This document shows, one piece after another, positions 56,360 through 64,000 of a stretch of DNA of 64,000 bases; position 1 is the stretch's first letter, and each line of letters starts with the position of its first letter. The DNA lies in IMG/VR virus record IMGVR_UViG_3300032782_000001, positions 310,001 to 374,000 of that record, one strand, 5' to 3'. Made by a program: the position numbers and the translations under genes. Under the pieces are notes generated by a model that was not told where the DNA came from, did not search any database, and worked only from the letters and a program-made list of their open reading frames with translations.

Positions 56360-57655
56360 TCACCTCAGAGTTGTGTCCCAGAGCCAATCGGTGTCGGGTT
56401 CAGACTTTTCCGGACCCATTCCTTTAGGGGGATCTGGATCACTGTGAGCTCGCATCCATTCTATATCCTCAGCAGACAGGCCGAGGGCATAATAGTCTAA
56501 ATTCTTAGAGTTGGAAGATCCAGGAAGCCAAGAGTAATTAGCAACCTTGGTAATCTTCTGAGCTGAAACTTTCAGGACGGTTTCATCACCATCGGTGGCG
56601 TTGTCATCACCTGTGACACCATCGTTATTCCCGTCTTCATAAATAGGATTGAGATGAGAAAAACCTTCACCGAGGAGATCGTCGGAAGGCCAAATTTCAT
56701 CATCATTAAAATGTCCGGCCTCGTTGCCTGCCGCAGGGCCAATATGATCAACACGGGGTCCGGATAAGGTATCTACCGGTAGCGAAGAATCAGCGCGACG
56801 ATTGGAAGCCAGGCGCTTTTCTTGAGATTTGAGAATTTTCCGAACGGCAGAAGCATAATTCCCATGATCCGGAGTAGTTGTATTCATGACCATTTCCGGA
56901 ATGGTCTTAGCCTCACCTTGAAGACTGCCGTCACCGGGCAATCCTGAACGTGGGTCTTTGGTCTTATCTTCCTTCGTGAGTTTCTTGAGAGCTTTAGGAA
57001 GAGCGGAGGAAGTATGCTGAGAAGTCGCAGGCTCTTCTGCCTCTTTCTCTTCCTCATCTTCTCCAAAGAAACTACCAGAACTAGCCCCCTCCACCTTAGG
57101 ATTCATATCATCGGCTGATGGATTTACAACGGGTTGTTCTGCTCCTTCGAAAGAATTCTCTACGAATCCTTCAGGGTTGGATTTGACTTGTTCAGCATCT
57201 TGAACAAGTTCCTGAGTGGCCGGCGCCTTGGGCGCACTACCCCAATGATCGGCATTGATTTCGTCATGAAGCGTATCAGTGAAAGAAGACAGCATTTCAA
57301 CGGCTTGGCCCAAACCGCCGCGCATTTCCTTCACTGGTTGAATATATCCACGACCACCAAGAAGTCCGTCAGGACTAAATTCCGAAGATGGCATCTTAGA
57401 AAAAAGACGAAGTGCCGCCATAGCATAACTATGGGAACGTTCAGCAGCCCAAAGGATTTTGGCCAAGTTCCGAAGAGTATCTGGAGACCAGTTGAAGCCC
57501 TGAACACGGATATCACGCCTTACAGGACCGGTATCCTTAACGAATTCGATCTTGCCGGCAGTCCGGACGCGACTCGAAACGATGCTGGAAATAGGCCTCC
57601 AAGCACGCCCCGGTTGCGAAATGATGCGAGCAACTTTGTTCAGGTCTACGGTCAT
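56360..57655 (-). CDS. Hypothetical protein (probable virion)
   Basis: 431-aa ORF with RTAG and KVAN motifs. Confidence 0.65.
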   Translation of the reverse strand: MTVDLNKVARIISQPGRAWRPISSIVSSRVRTAGKIEFVKDTGPVRRDIRVQGFNWSPDTLRNLAKILWAAERSHSYAMAALRLFSKMPSSEFSPDGLLGGRGYIQPVKEMRGGLGQAVEMLSSFTDTLHDEINADHWGSAPKAPATQELVQDAEQVKSNPEGFVENSFEGAEQPVVNPSADDMNPKVEGASSGSFFGEDEEEKEAEEPATSQHTSSALPKALKKLTKEDKTKDPRSGLPGDGSLQGEAKTIPEMVMNTTTPDHGNYASAVRKILKSQEKRLASNRRADSSLPVDTLSGPRVDHIGPAAGNEAGHFNDDEIWPSDDLLGEGFSHLNPIYEDGNNDGVTGDDNATDGDETVLKVSAQKITKVANYSWLPGSSNSKNLDYYALGLSAEDIEWMRAHSDPDPPKGMGPEKSEPDTDWLWDTTLR

Positions 57656-57660
57656 GGCTT

Positions 57661-57930
57661 TCAGCCCTTCACCGGTCCATTCGCATCATCAACAAGACGC
57701 TCAATATAATGACCCTGATCGTCCTTACCGAGTTGCCAAAAATCCTGTTGGCTCAATCTAACAAGTTTGTCTTCAGCAACGATGGAAAAACCATGATTGA
57801 TGAGATCGCGAAGATTGGCGACACGAATCTTCCCGGTTGAAGCTACACGCGGCGTGGTCTGCACGGGCGAAAAGAAATCGTCCACGGCACTGGACGAAAA
57901 CCGAACATCTTCGATCTCTCGGCTGCGCAT
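57661..57930 (-). CDS. Small hypothetical protein
   Basis: 89-aa ORF in the operon. Confidence 0.6.
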   Translation of the reverse strand: MRSREIEDVRFSSSAVDDFFSPVQTTPRVASTGKIRVANLRDLINHGFSIVAEDKLVRLSQQDFWQLGKDDQGHYIERLVDDANGPVKG

Positions 57931-57980
57931 ATGATTCGGCCCTCTGCACAGCCAGCCAACAACAAGCCTATTGACACCCT

Positions 57981-58895
57981 TCAGGAGACAATGAGGGTGA
58001 CCGGAATATCCACGAAGGAATTGGAAGCGTTCGGAGAAGAAACTCTCAAAACCTCAGAAAACGTTCCAGATTGATATGGAACAGCTGAAGACACCACAGA
58101 AGCTACAAAAGAACTACTTTCACCGGAGGCCAATGGACCACCGCTAACGGGGGAGAATGACAGCCAAGACGAATTATTCTGGACCTTAGACACAGAAAAA
58201 TTGAGAATTGAATCAGAAGGACCGGAATTAGTTACTGAGATCGATTGGCCTCCAGAAGGAGTTCCAGTCAAAAGTGCAAAGGTAAGGGTGATTGCATCCG
58301 GGGTAGTCTCAATTTCAGGCCGAGGGAGAACCCGAACATTGACAGTTACAGGAATAGTCACAGGGGAGTTTCTATTGTCCTGAAAATTCACATGTGCTTG
58401 ATAATTTTGCCCACCAGTCAAGACAGCAGGGTTCAACTGAATCGTAAACTGAGTCGTCTGACCGAATGCGATAGCAGAGGCCGTAGGAGGAGTGCAAGAA
58501 ATAAATGGAGAATCGGGAGTAGCAACTACAGACATGAAGGAGCCGAACGCTCCATTATTTTGGACCGTGACGGTCCCAACCAGGGAACTCGGATCGCCTT
58601 CCGTAATAATAATATTGAATACGGCAGGAACAGGAGCAACAAGCTGAATAAGGGGTGCAAGTTGTTGCTGCACCTTTAGTAATGAAGCTGCCATCTGTGT
58701 CACGACATCCCCCGGAATGGGTATAGCTGCCGTGTAAATGCTTCCGTATGGAGTATTGAAATTAACGAATTGATACGTTTGGCCAGCGCCTTGGATATTA
58801 TTTGCCATGACGGTCCATGACCAAATTCCGCCTACGGATGGAATACTGAAATCGAATCCACCGCCAGAGACGGTCAGAGGCGCAGTGGTAGTCAT
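57981..58895 (-). CDS. Ig-like/BACON-type repeat protein
   Basis: Two repeats of V.N.G...S......W/F.S..P....L..G....F. Confidence 0.65.
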   Translation of the reverse strand: MTTTAPLTVSGGGFDFSIPSVGGIWSWTVMANNIQGAGQTYQFVNFNTPYGSIYTAAIPIPGDVVTQMAASLLKVQQQLAPLIQLVAPVPAVFNIIITEGDPSSLVGTVTVQNNGAFGSFMSVVATPDSPFISCTPPTASAIAFGQTTQFTIQLNPAVLTGGQNYQAHVNFQDNRNSPVTIPVTVNVRVLPRPEIETTPDAITLTFALLTGTPSGGQSISVTNSGPSDSILNFSVSKVQNNSSWLSFSPVSGGPLASGESSSFVASVVSSAVPYQSGTFSEVLRVSSPNASNSFVDIPVTLIVS

Positions 58896-59113
58896 AGCTG
58901 ATCGAGAAAAGGAAAAGAAGTCGATGAAATCACGACCATAAAATTCTTTAATCCGGAACAGCGAATGACGTCCGGGAAATAATGGTCATTTTTGACTATT
59001 GTACTGCTTAGTGATTTTCCGAGCCGATCGGGCAGCTCGCCTACGCAAACGGCGCTTCTGATCTCGTCGTTTCTGAGAATTGGTGGAAGGAGCGGGAGGC
59101 GTCATAAGTGACA

Positions 59114-59332
59114 TTACCGCTCCATAGCCATTACACGGGCCCGAACGAAAGCATCCGAAGCTGCTTCCAGACGAGTCCGATACTCACGAAGACGAGCTGT
59201 TGCTGTAAAAGCAGCTTCAGTCGAATCCATGCTAGCAAAACATAGTTCAATCTCTTGCTCGACTGAGTTTAAGTCGTGGTTGAGATCGGCAAGAGTAGGA
59301 TCGAAATCGTCCAAACCAGAATCTCGAGCCAT
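59114..59332 (-). CDS. Small hypothetical protein
   Basis: 72-aa helical ORF. Confidence 0.5.
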   Translation of the reverse strand: MARDSGLDDFDPTLADLNHDLNSVEQEIELCFASMDSTEAAFTATARLREYRTRLEAASDAFVRARVMAMER

Positions 59333-59396
59333 ATTACCCCTACCATTTTCGCCTTCAATAAAGTGTCATTTACGGGAGTCTCTTATGAACGTTCGT

Positions 59397-60233
59397 TCAT
59401 TCAAGAGTCAAAATTTGCGCATCCCCACGGTCTCGGAATTGTGGTAAGGACACTTCATGGAGAATATTGAAGTGTTTGTCCGATATAGCAAAAAATACGG
59501 TCCAATATTTAGCATACTTGGAATTGTTGATGCACTCGTCGATTTCGTTTCTAACGGATTGTGAATCCATGAATTCAGCAACAAGCATGTCTGATGTTTG
59601 AGAGCTTCCTGACTTCTGGTCTTTGAGGCCTTTGGTCTTGGACTCCGCCATTCGCCGTGCGCGCATTTGAAGCTCTGCGCGCTTTTCCCGGGCCTCATTA
59701 GCGATCAATTCTTTGATTTTCGCCAACGCTCGGAAGAATCGATGACGTACTCGACCTTGAGTTAATTTCATTTGTTTGGCGATTTCCGATTGGCATGTTG
59801 TTTCATACATGCGCCATAGAATTTCACGATCTTGATCTAGGAATTTAGGACCTAATTCCAATTCAAATTGTTCACGATCAAGTTCAGGGATTGTTCGCAA
59901 AAATTGAATGCGACGAATTCCTCGATGGAGACGATAGGAAACGGCAGCTTGTGTAATGCCAAAAAGCTTGGCAATTTGTTCTTGCTTCAGTTTATCCTTA
60001 TGATATAAGGTAATTAGATCAGCCTCCCGAGATGGAATGCGGCGAAGAAAGTGTTCAATCGCCATGAACTCAAGGGGAGTATTCTCACCGATTTCCTCTT
60101 CCGCATCCGGAGCGAGGTTACGATCAATGAGTTCGCTGAGTTCATCTTCCGACCCGTCATACCCGAGTCGGTCCTGATTACTAAATCTTGATGAAAGACT
60201 ATTCGGATCTTGAATTAGGATGTGAGTGGACAT
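59397..60233 (-). CDS. Sigma-70 region-4-like tandem HTH protein (phage transcription factor)
   Basis: QEQIAKLFGITQAAVSYRLHRG and QSEIAKQMKLTQGRVRHRFFRA; start MSTH after GGAG. Confidence 0.7.
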   Translation of the reverse strand: MSTHILIQDPNSLSSRFSNQDRLGYDGSEDELSELIDRNLAPDAEEEIGENTPLEFMAIEHFLRRIPSREADLITLYHKDKLKQEQIAKLFGITQAAVSYRLHRGIRRIQFLRTIPELDREQFELELGPKFLDQDREILWRMYETTCQSEIAKQMKLTQGRVRHRFFRALAKIKELIANEAREKRAELQMRARRMAESKTKGLKDQKSGSSQTSDMLVAEFMDSQSVRNEIDECINNSKYAKYWTVFFAISDKHFNILHEVSLPQFRDRGDAQILTLE

Positions 60234-60425
60234 AGTTTCTCCGGTCGAAGGGGGACTCCGAGAGTCCATAGCAGTGTGGGATATGCGTATAGGTATACTG
60301 GTGCAACGCACGTCTCCGTATGTGTCTGCTTTTCGACCGGAGCGGGTAAACCCGCTTGTCAATTCACATTACCAAGGAACATGCTCAGAAGTTTCTGAGC
60401 ATTTCAAACACCCGCAAGAATATCA

Positions 60426-61427
60426 TTAGATGTCGGCAAGCCAATCCGGAACAGCAGGAGCATGAATCATCCGACCGGTTTCACGGAGTTGGAAAGCATG
60501 AATATCAATGCCTCTGACTTGCAAGTCTTCTCGGAGAATACGTAAGCCCAAGTCAAAATCGTCTAGGGATGGTTTTAAAGATGTACTTAATTCCAAGTGG
60601 GAATTCATTCCGACCAATTGGAAGTTAAGTTCAACTCGATGCCTAAGGGATTCAGCCTTTTCCCGTTCAGCCTTAGAAAATCCAGGGAGCCCAGCAGCAT
60701 AGATAGAAGCCAAATCAGGATGATGGCAAACAGATGCTGCTACTTTCTTCCGGAGGCGCGGAATCCCAGGAATATTATCGGAAGGATCACCTACCAAACT
60801 TTTGAACATTCGCATGTGAGATGGAGGTAGAGGAAACTTTATCATTCTCTCCATATCTTCTGTAGCTCGTTCTACATCAAAGAACCTTTTTCCTTCCACT
60901 CCTGGCCTATACAAAATGACGTTGTCGGCCAAGATTTGATAGAAATCTCTATCAGAAGAAATAATTACGTGCATGTCATCTGGTCGAGAATGTATAAAGC
61001 TCGCAATTAGATCATCAGCTTCTTCTTCTGCATCATGATAGACGTCTACACCCATGAGTCTCATGATGTGAGCCAAAACATCCAGGTCATGAGGGGATTC
61101 ATGACCATCCAGAAGAGTTAACGGCAGGTCCGGCCCTCGCAATTTGGATGGGGAACCATCATCCCGGAGCTTATACTCCGGATCCATCGCAAGTCGCCGT
61201 TTAGGAATCCCATCAAGAAATAGAACGACTTTAGTGGGCCGTGAAATTGCCCCAATCCAGTCTGAGAGCATGGACAAGGACCCGTAAATCAATCCAGTCG
61301 GGTATCCTTTGTCGGAAGTTAAAGGCGGTTCACCGTTCTTCTCTCGAAGAGAGACAAAAACGTAATAAGCTCTGTACAACAGATTGTTCCCATCAACGAG
61401 AACATATCGTGACGGAGTCTTAGACAT
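60426..61427 (-). CDS. 5'-3' exonuclease (Pol I N-terminal/FEN-like)
   Basis: LVDGNNLLYRAY, EADDLIA, SSDRDFYQ, GDPSDNIPGI. Confidence 0.92.
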   Translation of the reverse strand: MSKTPSRYVLVDGNNLLYRAYYVFVSLREKNGEPPLTSDKGYPTGLIYGSLSMLSDWIGAISRPTKVVLFLDGIPKRRLAMDPEYKLRDDGSPSKLRGPDLPLTLLDGHESPHDLDVLAHIMRLMGVDVYHDAEEEADDLIASFIHSRPDDMHVIISSDRDFYQILADNVILYRPGVEGKRFFDVERATEDMERMIKFPLPPSHMRMFKSLVGDPSDNIPGIPRLRKKVAASVCHHPDLASIYAAGLPGFSKAEREKAESLRHRVELNFQLVGMNSHLELSTSLKPSLDDFDLGLRILREDLQVRGIDIHAFQLRETGRMIHAPAVPDWLADI

Positions 61428-62047
61428 TATAATATCCTAGACAGGAAAGAAACTGGGAAGTCAATCAAAACCAGTTTGGAACGAAGTTGTATGGAAACTT
61501 GAACCGTTTCCCCGTCGTACACTTCGGAAATCTCACCAGGGAGGTTTTTGTAATCGCCTTTAATCACCTTCACTCGATGACCAACAGAGTATTCTTCTTG
61601 TCCGAGCCGGAGACTCTTTACACCATCTCGCATCGGATCAAGATCTTTGTCTTCAAGAAGAGAGTATTTGTACTTCCTCTGCCCGTTAACAACAATAGTT
61701 GTGCATAGGACAGATTTAAAGAAAGTCGTGTCTTGCAACTTCATGTAAGGAATGCCATCATCAAATTTGACAAAGACATATCCATCCATGTATACCATGG
61801 TCTGGGATTCTCCACGAACCCGCTCAGAAACGGCAGGTACGAATACCTCGATCCCAGGCTTACCAAGTAGCTGACGAACTGACCGAATAATTACAGGAAT
61901 ATTTTTCTCTTTCTCTCCATTTGAAGAGAGTTCGACGCAAACCCATTTGGAAACAGGTTTAGAAGCTAGCGAAGAGGCCTTAGCTAGGTCCTTTGATCCT
62001 CCCGATGAGACCACGGGCCCACTCCTTGTCGGTAATCGGAACATCAT
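61427..62047 (-). CDS. NusG-family (NGN + KOW) transcription factor
   Basis: EVFVP...GYVFV; KOW motif VGHRVKVIKGDYKNLPGEI. Confidence 0.8.
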   Translation of the reverse strand: MMFRLPTRSGPVVSSGGSKDLAKASSLASKPVSKWVCVELSSNGEKEKNIPVIIRSVRQLLGKPGIEVFVPAVSERVRGESQTMVYMDGYVFVKFDDGIPYMKLQDTTFFKSVLCTTIVVNGQRKYKYSLLEDKDLDPMRDGVKSLRLGQEEYSVGHRVKVIKGDYKNLPGEISEVYDGETVQVSIQLRSKLVLIDFPVSFLSRIL

Positions 62048-63359
62048 CCGTACCGGACTTTACGGAGGGGAGATTTCCAGTGGCAACAGCGGGAACAGGT
62101 GGAGTAGAAGATCCGAAATTAATCTTTTTATCCAAGGACGTAAGATTCTCGTCAGAACTGAATTTGACTCCGTCAATTTCAAGAACTTTGGACTTGATTT
62201 GAGGAATAGGTTTAGTCGCATCTTTCTGTTTAGCAGGAGGGGTAACAGGAAGAGGAAGAGCAGGAAGAGCAGGAGCAGGAGCAGGAGGAGCAGCTGTTAA
62301 AGGTTCTGCAACAATAGAACTCGGTTCACGATTCTGAGTAGGCCGAAATGTCGGTCCGGTAGTTAACAGGGCTGCTTCGATATCAAATGCAGTTGGTTTA
62401 TCAAGCTGGATCAGGACACGGACCAATTCAGACCAACCATGTAGTCGGTATTGGAAAAATCGAGTGGCTACAGGATACGTAGGTTTTGCTCCAATGTCAA
62501 ATCGCATAGCACTAGAAATAGCGGAAACCATCTGATCCCGAATCCAAGATGGACTCTGCACTGCCACCAAAGAATCCAAAGATTCGAAGGCCTTCCTCGG
62601 ATTTTGATCGATAAGAGATAAAATCCTGTCTATAGCCGAATAGTCATCGAATCGAAAAAACTCATTGGCGGAAGCTATGGTAATTGGGCCGCGCACGGAC
62701 ATAGTGCTGAGAGCCCTAATGCAAGTCCGTGGGCATGAGTCCAACATGCGAACAACAATTTTCAAAGCTTCCGGATCAGCTTCCAGAGATTCTTGAGTAC
62801 AAACTTGATGCAAACGTGCGAGAATTTCTTCGGGAAGAGGTGGGTGTACTGGATATTCCTCTACTCGAGATCGAATAGGAGCTTTGATTTTATGAGGCTC
62901 TGTAGTACAGAGAATGACAGTAAGAAGCCTGTCTTCCATTGCTTTCAATAAAGCGTCTTGAGCTTGCGAAGTGAGCCGCTGCGCCTCATCAATTAAATAA
63001 ATGCGCCGACTTCCTTCATATTCAGTATCTCGGATCATCTCACGGATTTTATCTACTGTTCCTTGAGAAGCCGCATCAAGTTCCTCAACATCTTGAGATG
63101 TCTCTTGTAAGACGGATATACACGCATCACACTCCCCGCATGGTTCCCCGTCTGAAAGATCAGTACAAAGAATGGCTCTCGCAACAACGCGAGCCAATGA
63201 TGTTTTTCCGCAGCCTTTTGGGCCGCCAAACATCATAGATTGATCCGTTAGGGTCCCGTCTCGACTTCGAGTAAGAAGAAGTTGTACGATTCCCTGATTT
63301 CCGAGGACCTGGCTGAATTTCCTTGGCCTATATTTGAGGTCCAGAGGTGTTCCGCTCAC
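61980..63359 (-). CDS. dnaX: DNA polymerase III gamma/tau-like clamp-loader subunit
   Basis: KYRP..F..VLG, GPKGCGKTS, PCGECDAC, ELDAAS, IDEAQRL, TTEPHKI..IRSR. Confidence 0.88.
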   Translation of the reverse strand: MSGTPLDLKYRPRKFSQVLGNQGIVQLLLTRSRDGTLTDQSMMFGGPKGCGKTSLARVVARAILCTDLSDGEPCGECDACISVLQETSQDVEELDAASQGTVDKIREMIRDTEYEGSRRIYLIDEAQRLTSQAQDALLKAMEDRLLTVILCTTEPHKIKAPIRSRVEEYPVHPPLPEEILARLHQVCTQESLEADPEALKIVVRMLDSCPRTCIRALSTMSVRGPITIASANEFFRFDDYSAIDRILSLIDQNPRKAFESLDSLVAVQSPSWIRDQMVSAISSAMRFDIGAKPTYPVATRFFQYRLHGWSELVRVLIQLDKPTAFDIEAALLTTGPTFRPTQNREPSSIVAEPLTAAPPAPAPALPALPLPVTPPAKQKDATKPIPQIKSKVLEIDGVKFSSDENLTSLDKKINFGSSTPPVPAVATGNLPSVKSGTDDVPITDKEWARGLIGRIKGPS

Positions 63360-63379
63360 GAAGAATATTACACTAGGAA

Positions 63380-64000
63380 TCAGAGAAGTCGGAATTTGTC
63401 TTTAATATCAGATACGAGAGTTGTGAACTTAGACGTTGCTGTAATACCAGGATGCCATGCTAAGTCCATTGCTGCAAGGTCATACTGAAAACGGATCTTG
63501 GATCCCGGGATAGGGGTTCCTGACCCATCTCGATCACGACCAATCAACCATAACGTATCTGCGATCGCAGATACAGCAGTGATGTCATGAGCCACGACAA
63601 AAATCGTGTTGCGTTCGTCCATTAACGCAACTTGAGAAATGAGATCGCAAGTCTTGTCCTTCATGAGAGGATCGAGACCCGTGAATGGCTCATCCATCAC
63701 AATGAAATGTTCACTACACAATAATTGTTGGATAATAGCGACGCGCTGCCGTTGACCACCTGAGAGTTGAGAAGGATACTCCGAAGCCTTCTCTGTGAGT
63801 CCAAACCGTTCCAGCATTTCCAAAGACCGATCTCGGGCCTTCCCATCCTGATCATGTTGTGAAGCTGCAACCAAAAGATTCCCTAGAACAGTTCGATGAC
63901 GGAGAAGCGGATAATTTTGAGCTACTACCCCAACCAACCCAGCTTCGACAAGAATACTTTTTCCATCACCATTATTGATGGTTACGCTTCCCGATGTGGG
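63380..64000 (-). CDS. ABC transporter ATP-binding protein (5' end outside the window)
   Basis: Q-loop VAQN, signature LSGGQRQR, MDEPF, AHD. Confidence 0.9.
   Translation of the reverse strand, partial: PTSGSVTINNGDGKSILVEAGLVGVVAQNYPLLRHRTVLGNLLVAASQHDQDGKARDRSLEMLERFGLTEKASEYPSQLSGGQRQRVAIIQQLLCSEHFIVMDEPFTGLDPLMKDKTCDLISQVALMDERNTIFVVAHDITAVSAIADTLWLIGRDRDGSGTPIPGSKIRFQYDLAAMDLAWHPGITATSKFTTLVSDIKDKFRLL

Overview
This window is part of a large tailed dsDNA phage genome. There are no host housekeeping operons, rRNA genes or CRISPR arrays. The right half is a minus-strand head-morphogenesis module: terminase large subunit, portal, several probable internal head proteins, a prohead-protease-like protein, scaffold, decoration protein and major capsid protein. 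It is followed by a sigma-like HTH protein, a 5'-3' exonuclease, a NusG-like factor, a DnaX-like clamp loader and an ABC ATPase. The left end has collagen-like and beta-rich structural genes, an interrupted GIY-YIG endonuclease and an ARC/Mpa-type AAA ATPase. The middle is accessory (GT51 transglycosylase, pyrF, ung, phosphatases, HNH, vWA). Standouts: (1) a plus-strand operon of TROVE/Ro60-like-vWA, S24-like, E2-like, JAB, Ubl and E1(ThiF) genes, followed by a separately promoted array of three ncRNAs that share one covarying module in three topologies, including a CCA-ending tRNA(CAT) carrying the module in its variable arm; (2) a C-terminal tag, [VI]x[DE]VM[EDN]S-stop, shared by 6-8 unrelated orphan proteins; (3) a structured 3' RNA with a 7-nt periodic tract behind a coiled-coil gene; (4) recurring [RK]xA motifs in head proteins. 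All calls are by-eye motif recognition; no searches were run.
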